In this document: positions 1 to 11,669 of the stretch, piece by piece | Position numbering within the stretch: the stretch's first letter is position 1 | Layout: every line of letters begins with the position of its first letter | From: Blepharisma stoltei ATCC 30299 | Lineage: Eukaryota > Protista > Ciliophora | DNA length: 64,000 bases | Direction: 5' to 3' | Assembly: GCA_965603825.1 (NCBI GenBank) | Contig: CBFDEM010000059.1 | Location: 1-64,000 of the forward strand | Made by a program: the position numbers and the translations under genes | Notes under the pieces: generated by a model | Databases searched by the model: none | Seen by the model: the letters and a program-made list of their open reading frames with translations, nothing else | Told to the model about the DNA's origin: nothing

Positions 1-2427
1 CACCCTAACACCCTAACACCCTAACACCCTAACACCCTAACACCCTAACACCCTAACACCCTAACACCCTAACACCCTAACACCCTAACACCCTAACACC
101 CTAACACCCTAACACCCTAACACCCTAACACCCTAACACCCTAACACCCTAACACCCTAACACCCTAACACCCTAACACCCTAACACCCTAACACCCTAA
201 CACCCTAACACCCTAACACCCTAACACCCTAACACCCTAACACCCTAACACCCTAACACCCTAACACCCTAACACCCTAACACCCTAACACCCTAACACC
301 CTAACACCCTAACACCCTAACACCCTAACACCCTAACACCCTAACACCCTAACACCCTAACACCCTAACACCCTAACACCCTAACACCCTAACACCCTAA
401 CACCCTAACACCCTAACACCCTAACACCCTAACACCCTAACACCCTAACACCCTAACACCCTAACACCCTAACACCCTAACACCCTAACACCCTAACACC
501 CTAACACCCTAACACCCTAACACCCTAACACCCTAACACCCTAACACCCTAACACCCTAACACCCTAACACCCTAACACCCTAACACCCTAACACCCTAA
601 CACCCTAACACCCTAACACCCTAACACCCTAACACCCTAACACCCTAACACCCTAACACCCTAACACCCTAACACCCTAACACCCTAACACCCTAACACC
701 CTAACACCCTAACACCCTAACACCCTAACACCCTAACACCCTAACACCCTAACACCCTAACACCCTAACACCCTAACACCCTAACACCCCTAACACCCTA
801 ACACCCTAACACCCTAACACCCTAACACCCTAACACCCTAACACCCTAACACCCTAACACCCTAACACCCTAACACCCTAACACCCTAACACCCTAACAC
901 CCTAACACCCTAACACCCTAACACCCTAACACCCTAACACCCTAACACCCTAACACCCTAACACCCTAACACCCTAACACCCTAACACCCTAACACCCTA
1001 ACACCCTAACACCCTAACACCCTAACACCCTAACACCCTAACACCCTAACACCCTAACACCCTAACACCCTAACACCCTAACACCCTAACACCCTAACAC
1101 CCTAACACCCTAACACCCTAACACCCTAACACCCTAACACCCTAACACCCTAACACCCTAACACCCTAACACCCTAACACCCTAACACCCTAACACCCTA
1201 ACACCCTAACACCCTAACACCCTAACACCCTAACACCCTAACACCCTAACACCCTAACACCCTAACACCCTAACACCCTAACACCCTAACACCCTAACAC
1301 CCTAACACCCTAACACCCTAACACCCTAACACCCTAACACCCTAACACCCTAACACCCTAACACCCTAACACCCTAACACCCTAACACCCTAACACCCTA
1401 ACACCCTAACACCCTAACACCCTAACACCCTAACACCCTAACACCCTAACACCCTAACACCCTAACACCCTAACACCCTAACACCCTAACACCCTAACAC
1501 CCTAACACCCTAACACCCTAACACCCTAACACCCTAACACCCTAACACCCTAACACCCTAACACCCTAACACCCTAACACCCTAACACCCTAACACCCTA
1601 ACACCCTAACACCCTAACACCCTAACACCCTAACACCCTAACACCCTAACACCCTAACACCCTAACACCCTAACACCCTAACACCCTAACACCCTAACAC
1701 CCTAACACCCTAACACCCTAACACCCTAACACCCTAACACCCTAACACCCTAACACCCTAACACCCTAACACCCTAACACCCTAACACCCTAACACCCTA
1801 ACACCCTAACACCCTAACACCCTAACACCCTAACACCCTAACACCCTAACACCCTAACACCCTAACACCCTAACACCCTAACACCCTAACACCCTAACAC
1901 CCTAACACCCTAACACCCTAACACCCTAACACCCTAACACCCTAACACCCTAACACCCTAACACCCTAACACCCTAACACCCTAACACCCTAACACCCTA
2001 ACACCCTAACACCCTAACACCCTAACACCCTAACACCCTAACACCCTAACACCCTAACACCCTAACACCCTAACACCCTAACACCCTAACACCCTAACAC
2101 CCTAACACCCTAACACCCTAACACCCTAACACCCTAACACCCTAACACCCTAACACCCTAACACCCTAACACCCTAACACCCTAACACCCTAACACCCTA
2201 ACACCCTAACACCCTAACACCCTAACACCCTAACACCCTAACACCCTAACACCCTAACACCCTAACACCCTAACACCCTAACACCCTAACACCCTAACAC
2301 CCTAACACCCTAACACCCTAACACCCTAACACCCTAACACCCTAACACCCTAACACCCTAACACCCTAACACCCTAACACCCTAACACCCTAACACCCTA
2401 ACACCCTAACACCCTAACACCCTAACA
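1..2427 (+). repeat. Telomeric repeat (CCCTAACA)n, about 300 units, at the chromosome end
   Basis: Near-perfect 8-bp tandem repeat from base 1, ending ...cctaaca|tacatg at 2427, with one extra C near 787-790. CCCTAACA is the heterotrich (Stentor/Blepharisma) telomere unit. Confidence 0.98.
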
Positions 2428-2694
2428 TACATGATTTTAGAAATAATACTTTGGTAGATTAACTGTATCGAGATTTATTTCATTAAAAATCTATATAAGG
2501 AATATCTATAAGTAAATTGCAATATAAAAATTGGGTCAATGGGAGAAGCAATAATCTATTGCGCTGCTGTTCAAGTGTATTGCTCATATAATAAAGGATT
2601 TATATACATAGGCATAGATGGCTATGACTACTTCAAGTTTGATTTGAATGAAAAATGCTTAATTGCATTAAAAAGTCATAAAATGCTTAGTTAA
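2428..2694 (+). pseudogene. 3' remnant of a Kelch-propeller family gene, truncated by the telomere
   Basis: Reads QVYCSYNKGFIYIGIDGYDYFKFDLNEK...MLS*, matching the C-terminus of the 55201-56817 protein (QVYILNNKGEFYIGI...YYKFNLDEK). The upstream part has stops. Confidence 0.7.
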
Positions 2695-2696
2695 AA

Positions 2697-5600
2697 GTAA
2701 TAATTAGTAATCTAGCAATTGCTGACAAGTTCTGCAACTCATTTCCTACCAGAGCTTGAAGAAAACAAATTTTTAGAATTGTCAGTGAAATTTTATTTGT
2801 CTAAATTTCTCAAAGACTGCAACCAAAACAAGAAAAAAGAGCTCTTTTCAGCATTCTGCATCTCAGTTAACCAAAAATTTCCCCCAGAATCAATCCTAAG
2901 ATGTCATAGATTACCTTCAGGAGATGCTATCCTGATTCCTAAAGAAAAATCAATACAACAAGATTTACTGAATCAAATCACATATGAATTAAAATACAAA
3001 GGAAGAGACATCATGATACCAATCGGAATCTTATGACTAGGTGGTGAAATCAACTACAATAGGTATCGGATTAATTTTACATTACCTCCTGGAATATCGA
3101 TTGAGGAAACAATTAAATCATTAAAGCAAATCTGCGATATAAAAGAAATAATTATGAATAACACAATACAAAATGAAGGCAAGTTTCACAGTCTTAATTT
3201 TATACCAGAAGCAAAATACACAATATATGCTGAATTTAATTCACTAGAGCAAGCATTAGATCTCACAGATATATTGAAAATAGGAAATAACTCAGTATGA
3301 TTAAATCACGCAGGAACAATGCAATGCAACACTTGTAACGAAATCGGACACCTTGAATCAAACCACGATAAAATTATTGAAATCAGAGAAAAAAGAAAAA
3401 GAATTAAGCAATCTAAGAAAGTCAAGAAAGATTCAAGAAATTTAAATTTAATCGATCAAAAATACTCAGTCTCTGATAATAAATATGAAAACAACTTAAA
3501 AACACGCAAGATCTCAACAATTAAGCCACCCAAAAAAAACATTCATCCTCCTGTTAAAACTCAGAATAATGAACCAGTTAATGCCTACAACTATGATATC
3601 AAGACATATATTCCTCTAAAGAAGAGCATCATAAAGCCGATAGAAATCATAGGAAGAACTATTCTAAAAGAAAATCACAAAAATACAATCAAAAAAATTT
3701 TTATAATTAAAAAGACTCCAGCAATAAGGAAAAATGAACCAGAAAGAGAAGATGTAAATTGAAAGCTTATTAAGGAATCCTCGCAATCCTATAATGAAAC
3801 TGCTTCCAAATCTCCAAAACTTTCTCCATCATCAGAAATAAATTCATCCACTTTGATGACAGATTTTCCTGAAATAAACGTTTCTAAAATCGAAAACCCA
3901 TTCTTACATAAAAAAGAAAAGAAAGAAAAACTGATAGTTGAACCCTTGATTTCAATTTATAACACCCAAAATAAGAAAAAGTTTGAAAATCCTTTCATCA
4001 ATAAAGATGAAAAAGAAATTTACAAAAATAAAAAGATACAAATACTAGAGAGCAGAATGTTCCAAGATATGATTAGACCTCTATGCACAATTCTCTTTAT
4101 TGAAGCATCTGATAATCTCACAGATCCAAAAAAATGATTGAAAATAACCCATTCTCCCTTAAGAAAAAATAATGTCCTACCCGTTCAAGTTGAAGAGGAA
4201 ATTATAATTCCAAATCCAAGAAGATTGTGCGAAAAAATAATAAGAAAAAATTTTGGATTCATCAACATTTCAGGAATTGGAAAAGACGATCTATCACGAA
4301 GACAATTAAGAAATGTTATGATCGAAAACGATATTACTATCTTAGGAATAGCAGAAACTTGATTAAAAGATAAAGTTTATATTGATGGTTTTGTGTGAAT
4401 AGGTAATAATGGACCTATAGTAGGCTACAGAGGATCAGGTGGAACTGGCTTATTAATTCATAATTCACTGGCAAATGAAATAACTTGAATTGAAACTAAT
4501 AACCATAGAATAACTGCAGCAAAGATAGAAGATTTTTTTGATAATATGCATATATGCACCAGTACTTGCAAACCACGAAAATGAAAAATCAATTAACGAA
4601 TATAAATGAAACTTCTATATCAACTTTCAGAGGAAATAATAGACACACTATTATCGATTATATTATTTCAGAAACCCTATCAAAGATTAAATACATAGAA
4701 GTCCCACAATTAAACACCAATCACGTATTATTACTATCTCATATAAAAAGTGTCCAGATAATACCAAAGCAAATATCCGTGATTCCATGATATAAATTAG
4801 AAGGCAAGGAATTAGAAGCGTTCCAACACAGAATCTGAATCAATTTCCAGAATAAAGGAATCTACAAAACTCTTGATCCTTTAGCAATATTTAATAACAT
4901 CAAATCAACAATTGATGAAGAATCAAAATACCTACTAAAACATTTAAAACCAGACCATTTTAGAACCCCAGAAATGAAAATCTTATTAAATAGAATAAAT
5001 GACTCGAGGAAATGAATAAAATTTTGCTGAACGCAAAATAATAGAGAACTTGCTAACAAACTACAAAAGGTAAAAAAGGCATGAATAAATAAACTAAAAA
5101 GACTATCTAACTATGAAAAAATCAGTGAAAGCAGATTGAAAGAATGTATGCAAGATCCATATGGAGCCTGAAACAAAATAAAACGTCAGATGAATAAAAA
5201 TAGAATCGCATTATCATTAAACAAAGAAGAGATTAAAGCTTGAGCAACAGAATTTGAAAATCAATTTAAAAGTAAAATAGAATTCATACCACAAAAGGGA
5301 TGCTCAAAAGAAGAACTATGAGATTTCCAAGATATCCAGAAAATCATTAAAAAATTACCAAACAAAAAAGCTCCTGGACCAGACAATATAAGAAATGAGA
5401 TAATAAAGAAAGGTGGAGATATAATGGCAGAAGCAATTACACATTTCCTTAATAGTTGCAAATTAAATGGAATCCCAGACAAAGCCAATGAAGCAAAAAC
5501 AATCCTTATATACAAAGGAAAAGGTAATCCGAAGGAACTTAATAGCTATAGACCCATAACCTTAATGAATAATTTTATGAAGATTCTTGACAAAGCAGAA

Positions 5601-7554
5601 CTAAAAAGAATTGAAAATACGGTTAATATCTCAGAAAGACAACATGGATTCACAAAAGGAAAGTCATGCATGACTCAGATTTTTCTCTTAAAATCTACAC
5701 TGGAATATCGTAAGTATTACAGGATTGGAAAAGGTAGAGACTCATATATATTATTTGTTGATTTCTCAAAAGCTTATGACTCAGTTAATAGAATTAGACT
5801 ATTAGAGAAAATTAAAGCAAAAAATATAAAAAATGATAGCTGAAAAATAATCTCACAAATGCTAAAAGGTGAACAAACTACACTTGTCATAAATGGGATT
5901 GAAACAGAAAAAATAAACATAACAAGAGGTGTGAGACAAGGAAGTGCAATATCACCATTGTTATTTAATATATATATAGATGATATAGAAAAGGAAAATA
6001 ATGACATCAATATAGAACTCCTCCCCAATCACCAATTAAAATCAAAAATCAATTTTCAATATGCGGATGATACAGCTTTTGTAATAGAAGATTGAAAAGA
6101 CATTGAAAACATTTTAAATAAACTTGATAAATGATCAAAAGATAATGATATGAACTTGAATATAGGACCGGAAAAAACAGCAATAATGCCAATCATAACA
6201 AAAAATAGGAAAAATATTATAAGTAAACTACCTAAAATATCATACCAAAATCATGAAATACCAGTTGTTGAAAAATATAAATATTTAGGCAAAATAATGA
6301 ATGGAAATATAAGAGGTACAGGATTCGACCAAGCGCATTATAAATACCTCAAAGATAAAAGCAAAATATCTACTTGCTCTCTAATCCCTATGATTAGAAG
6401 AATGCTTAACATCCCAAGTAAAACTCTTATAAACTGCTTCAAAGCAATATTCTTACCAAGATGCACATATGGTCTTGAAATATGCTCAAGAATTAAATGC
6501 AAAACTGCAATTAAACAAATTCAAAGATCATTCAATAAGATTATAAGAGAATGTTGCCATGTTTATGACAAAACACCTATTGAACCCATATTACTTGATT
6601 TAAATATTCCAACAATACAACAATATATTGACCAAAAATCATTGATATTTTTACAAAAAATTTTTGAATTAACACATATATCTGAGATTGCAACCCATTT
6701 CCTAAGAAATTTCGATAATACAATTACACCGACAATGAAAATCTACCAAGAGTTGCTTCAAAAATATAATTTTACAAAACCATTCGATTTTAATAACAAC
6801 ATGATTAGCTGAAATGACAAAAATTGAAAAGGAAATGTCAAAGATAAACTCAAAATCTATTGAAGAAACGAAAACATGAGCATAATAAATAAAAAAGTAA
6901 CATTAAAGATGTTTAAAGAATTAAGGAATCAAACTTTTACCACGAATAAACTCCCAAAATTCTGAATACTGAATAAAAACCTAATTACTGAAACAAGAAT
7001 AAAGGCTGCTTGAAGATATGGTGCTGGTCCATCTAAAGTATTAGTTCTATTGAGAAACAGAAATAATCAAGATAACACTTCGAATTTATGTGAATTATGT
7101 AAAGTCAAGGAAACAGATAAACATATTCTTAACGAATGCATAAAATATAAAAACGAAAGAATCAAATTTATACAAAGATTACAAGATATGATAGGCAGAT
7201 ATATTAACAATACAAGCATATACAATTGACTTATTTCAGATGTTACAGAATTAAAATTTTTAGAAGAATTAGGTGAAGAAAAATGAGAAAAGATTGACTT
7301 TTTAACAAAGATCACACTAAGAAGTATTGATGATAAATTGCGAACTAGCAGAGAAAACAGCAAACACAAGCATTTCTTTGAAATCCAAAATATTGAAGAT
7401 GACCTCAAAAAAGAAAACATATCTATTCATGATTTAAATTTTTGAAGACTCGTTAAAAGTATAAGGCGTTTGAAATAGTACGCCAATAATTAATTTAATC
7501 CAATCCAATTTTTATAAAAAACAATAAACCGGTTTATCATATTTAAGAAAATTA
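2697..7554 (+). mobile_element. Non-LTR (LINE-like) retrotransposon with APE endonuclease and RT, probably 5'-truncated
   Basis: With TGA=Trp it encodes an RRM-like region, a CxxCxxxxHxxxxH knuckle, APE motifs (FINISG, IAETWL, GGTG, IYAP, TF..IDYI, NH), RT motifs (KAPGPD, YRPITL, QHGF, DFSKAYDSV, GVRQGSAISPLLF, YADD, KYLG) and a C-terminal CELC-x7-H-x4-C. Ends are set by a candidate 12-bp direct repeat GCTTAGTTAAAA (2685-2696 and 7555-7566) and are less certain than the element call. Confidence 0.92.
2716..7478 (+). pseudogene. Retrotransposon polyprotein (ORF1-like + APE + RT + CCHC), disrupted within the APE domain
   Basis: ORFs at 2719, 3319, 3853 and 4138 share one frame joined by TGA. 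There is a +1 T in the T7 run near 4533-4539 and a second frame change near 4593-4604 where the GDFN segment is missing. ORFs at 4554, 5424, 5859 and 6150 share a frame that stays open to TAG 7476-7478. Confidence 0.85.
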
Positions 7555-7567
7555 GCTTAGTTAAAAA

Positions 7568-10500
7568 ATGAACAAAAACAAGAATTTTTCTGAAATCAGA
7601 TTTATAAAGATACTATCTTTTTTAGCAATGCTCAGATTTTTGTTCTTCATTTGAAATTATTATTGCTCAAAATGATAGGAATGAGCTCAATCAAGTTTGG
7701 ATTGAAGACATAAAAAAACAGTTTGAGCCAGTCATCGAATGGTATCAATGCGATTATTCTTTAATTTCAGAGTGTGTTAACTCACATCCAAATGCCATAA
7801 TCGTTCTTGATTTATCAGAAAAGTTTGAAGACACAACTAAGCCTTTCTCAATTATGCAAAGAAAATAATAAAATTCATTTGGTTCCTCAGAAAACTCATG
7901 AATCCCTTTATTACGACGAATGGACATATAGCATCTTTCCATCAAAGTTAGCCCAAACCGATGCATATTTTGCAGTTTTAGCTTACTTTAATTGAGACTC
8001 ATGGACTTGTAATCACTGATGGAGATCATGCATACATCAAGCAGAAATTTCTAGACTATTCAGAGACTTTTGACTATATAACTATAGAATCATCGGCAAG
8101 CCTTGAAAAGGTAGTAAACAGAGTTATCAAGCCTTTAGGAGCAACATTGTATTACATTTTTGCAAATTCTGTTCTCTCATCAAAAATTCAGGAGACATTG
8201 AAATCCAGAAAGCTCCTTTCAAGGGGAGATGGGATATTGCTAACCCAAGATAGCTGCTATGGCTGCAAAACCAATGGAGCAATCATTGTGGCTGCATGCA
8301 GGGCAAGAATATGCTAGCTCTCAAGAGCAATTTTTAATTAGCTCTTTTGAAAATTTAATTCTGTATTTATTGAATCACACAGCAGAAACAACAGAAGAAC
8401 TAAAGACATTTGCTGGAGATATACAGTGAGAAAAATCAATTCTCTATTGTAAATATTCAGGACAATCAAAGGCAAATAGTTGGATCAGTCTCTGCTGGAT
8501 CAGTAGCAATCTCGAAAACCTTGATTTTCCCTGGAAATACTACTGATGTGCCCAAGTCAGATAAAAAGATTTTGCATATGACAGTTTCTGGAGGCTCTTA
8601 CAACCCTGGAACTCGCTTCTTTGAGCCGCTCCTCTTTTATATTATGGCGCTTATACAGCATGAAGTTTAATTAATGAAGGTGTGCTTGGAATTTTAACAC
8701 ATTTTCAAATAAATTATTTTATTTTTGATTGCGGCGTGATTACTTATGATAAAGAATATGCAACAGCCTGCTTTACCAAAGATATAGATAAATTTGGACT
8801 TGCACACATATCAGCGACCTAGCTCTTTAATGACTATTGCAGAAATAAATCTTTTTAAAAGCTTAAATTTAACAATCCCAGTTGTTGGGTCAATCCTGAT
8901 GATTATTCATTGAATTCTACGTCGCTTTATCCTTTGTTTACAAGGGTAATTATTTCAAACCGCTATCTTTATTCGCTGACTTCGCTTTTATTTAGAGCTT
9001 TAGGATGAAGGAAAATCTGTGTTTTATATTCAGATGATGTAACTGGGAAATCAGGATATTCAGCACTTATAAGCAATGCAGAACAATATAACATAGAAAT
9101 TCTAAATTCTGAAAACTCAAGGGCTATCCCTGCAGACTCTAAATAGAACTAATATAAAAAATTACTCTGGATCATTGCAGAAAATCGTTGATACAGATGC
9201 AAGGCTTCTAGTTTTATTTTTTTTGCCACCTCTAATATATTATGTAATCGAAGAGCTTTATGATATGGGCTTAAGAAAAGGAGATCTCTTTATTTTTGTT
9301 ACAAACCAAGAAATACTTACAATGATCCAATACGATTTTATATAGAGTATAAAATTAAAGAAACTGGAGTTCCAATGATGGCTGTTAGTGGGCGAAATTG
9401 AGTAGGTAAGGTTGGGGAATTTGCTTACTCACAGATATCATCTAGATATAATGGAGTCCCTATTTGCCTCAACTTGCTCGAGCTATGATGCGGCATATTT
9501 AATAGGGATAGCTTTAGACTACATGATAAACCAAGGATTTGATTATACTGATCCTTACCAAATAAATTCAGCAATTAGAGCTCAAAAGTTTACTGGGTGC
9601 ACAGGAGTAGTTTCTATCGACAAAAGCAGCAATGACAGAGTTATGGACATTTTTGATATAATGGCCAGCAAAATAGATACAAATTCTGGAAATGTGAACA
9701 GCATACAAAATGGGTGAATTTCGCCCATTTGGTAGTACAATGCTGAGTATTAGAACACCTCTCATTTATGGAGATGGAACTACTGTAAAGCCAGATGACC
9801 TTAGAAACCAAAATAATAAATGCCCTTTCTCCTGATAAGCTTAGTAAGAACATTTGCTAAAGGAAGAATTCTCGTTTTTTCTATCTGCTTTTTGTTTGCT
9901 TTAGTGTCTTTCGCTAGCAACAGCATATATATGAAAAAACTGATGAAATATAACCATTGAAGAACTTAAAGTAAAGCAAGAAATTTCTCTGCAAGATATT
10001 ATTGTTGAGATAACCATAGGTATTGAATTTTTCCAATTTGCGGCCATGGGACCAGATATAGCCCCAATAAATAGCATCCTAGCAAAAATTAGCAGCTCTC
10101 TTTCTCTCAATCTGGAAAATATTTTTGCACTCCAGAAAGGGATATTTTGAATTCTAATAGATGGAGTCTTTGGGGCTATTTTATTTTGGCTCGTTTTATG
10201 CTTAGTTGTTCTACTCAGTTTAGATGAAAGATTTCCCAGAGTGACAATTTTCAGATTTTTAGCTTGGCTTGCAGACTATTTAATGCCTATTTTAGGCAAT
10301 TTGTGCTTTATCCCCTTTGTTTCGATGTGCTTGAATGTATTTATGTGCGACCATTCTATTGGAGATGGCTTTACTGACAGTTTTCTTGCTGCTGACTGTT
10401 ATTATTTTTGCTGGAAAGACGAGCACCTAATATATGCCATTTTTTCTTTTATTGCCCTCTTATGCTATGAACCACTGGCTGTTCTGTGCAGGCCTTTGTG

Positions 10501-11036
10501 GCAAGAATTGCAGCACATGGTGCATATACATACAGCTCCTCCGTTTTTAATGGTAAAAACTGTGTTTCAAGTCATATTTATAGTCATGAATAAAACAGTC
10601 AAAAGGGCTGATCAGCACTATCCATGGAGCCCTTTTTGCTGTTCTAATGGTCGCGTACATTGGATTTATATTTAGGTATAAGCCCTATAATTATCCAAGA
10701 CTGTGCTGGTGGCAAGCTTTGAGCTTAATTGGTGTGGTTTGGCTTTCTGTAATCTCGACAATCTCGTCAAATTTTGAAGGAAACGCGTATATTTATTTTT
10801 CCATAGTGTGCGTGGGATGAATTATAATTGCTCTTATCGGAATTTATGTGCAAGGAAGAAAGTATCCCAGTCTTCTGTATAGAAAAAAAGGCTTGGATAC
10901 AACTCATTTATTCAAGTTCGCATTTACTTTTGGTAAGCACTCCAAGAATGCTCTTGCAAAAATTGTCCCAGATCGTCGTCCATCATCTGTAGATTTAATG
11001 CCGAAAGACTTTTCAATTGCAAAGGAAGTTGATTAA
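7568..11036 (+). CDS. Receptor-like protein copy A (tandem Venus-flytrap/ANF-receptor-like domains + ~9 TM), with many 1-bp indels (pseudogene or read errors)
   Basis: Colinear with intact copy D from ATG 7568 to KEVD-TAA 11036, but scattered single-base insertions shift the frame. Confidence 0.75.
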
Positions 11037-11059
11037 TTTAAGTCTTTAGAAATTTAATA

Positions 11060-11669
11060 CTTAATTATTTGTTCAATATGAGAATTTGGTAGGAGTTATC
11101 AATTGAGAACTATCAGCGCTTGATGAGAACCAATAAGAGTGAATAAGATATTATTATAATGTGATAGTGCCATGGTATAGACTTTTTAAGAACTTATATC
11201 TCGCAGAATATGATGTTAGGTTTGCTAAATTAAGATTCAACTAATCTTATAGATTTAAGACATTAAGATAGGCTATTTACTCAAATTCCAAAAATAAGCA
11301 AGTATATATTTAATAAAAGTTAAATTTTTTTGGATAATATAAATATTATGTAAATTTATAGCATACAAATCTAAAATAAAACATAATTAAATAAAAGAAA
11401 TTTATTTATATATTTTTAGCTAGACAAATAAGTTTTAGAACCAGAAATTTTTTGACATATCAATATTGAAAAATATGTCAGAACTTCTTAATACGATTTC
11501 TCCTAAAATGGTAAATGAAATTTATGTACCAAACAGATATTTAATCCATAAAGATATTTCAAACACTATATATTTCTATATTATTCGCTGCCTGCATAAG
11601 TCTTCTTATATATATAAAACGTTTTAAACGTTCAGATTTCAGTAAATGAATTAAAACTCTAATACAAAA
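11060..11669. promoter_or_regulatory. Conserved ~550-600 bp spacer, putative bidirectional promoter of the receptor genes (copy 1)
   Basis: Shares blocks such as gagaatttggt, aattgagaactat, gatagtgccatgg and cttatatctcgcagaata with 24830-25360 (same orientation) and 16240-16760 (inverted). Confidence 0.55.

Noticed and set aside
781-790. Variant telomere unit CCCCTAACA
   Set aside because: A single extra C cannot be distinguished from a homopolymer read error.
1-2427. CRISPR array or coding repeat
   Set aside because: It is a pure 8-bp tandem repeat with no spacers, in a eukaryotic telomeric position.
4554-7478. Diversity-generating retroelement, retron or telomerase RT acting on the receptor array
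   Set aside because: The motifs are those of an APE-type LINE; no template/variable repeat pair or adenine-specific variation was seen.
2428-7554. Telomere-maintaining or telomere-targeting retrotransposon (HeT-A/TART or TRAS/SART type)
   Set aside because: It is a single copy, separated from the repeats by ~270 bp of Kelch-gene remnant, with no telomeric repeats on its inner side.
7568-11036. Programmed frameshifting or definite pseudogenisation of copy A
   Set aside because: The scattered single-base insertions near the contig end look like long-read consensus errors; this cannot be decided without reads.
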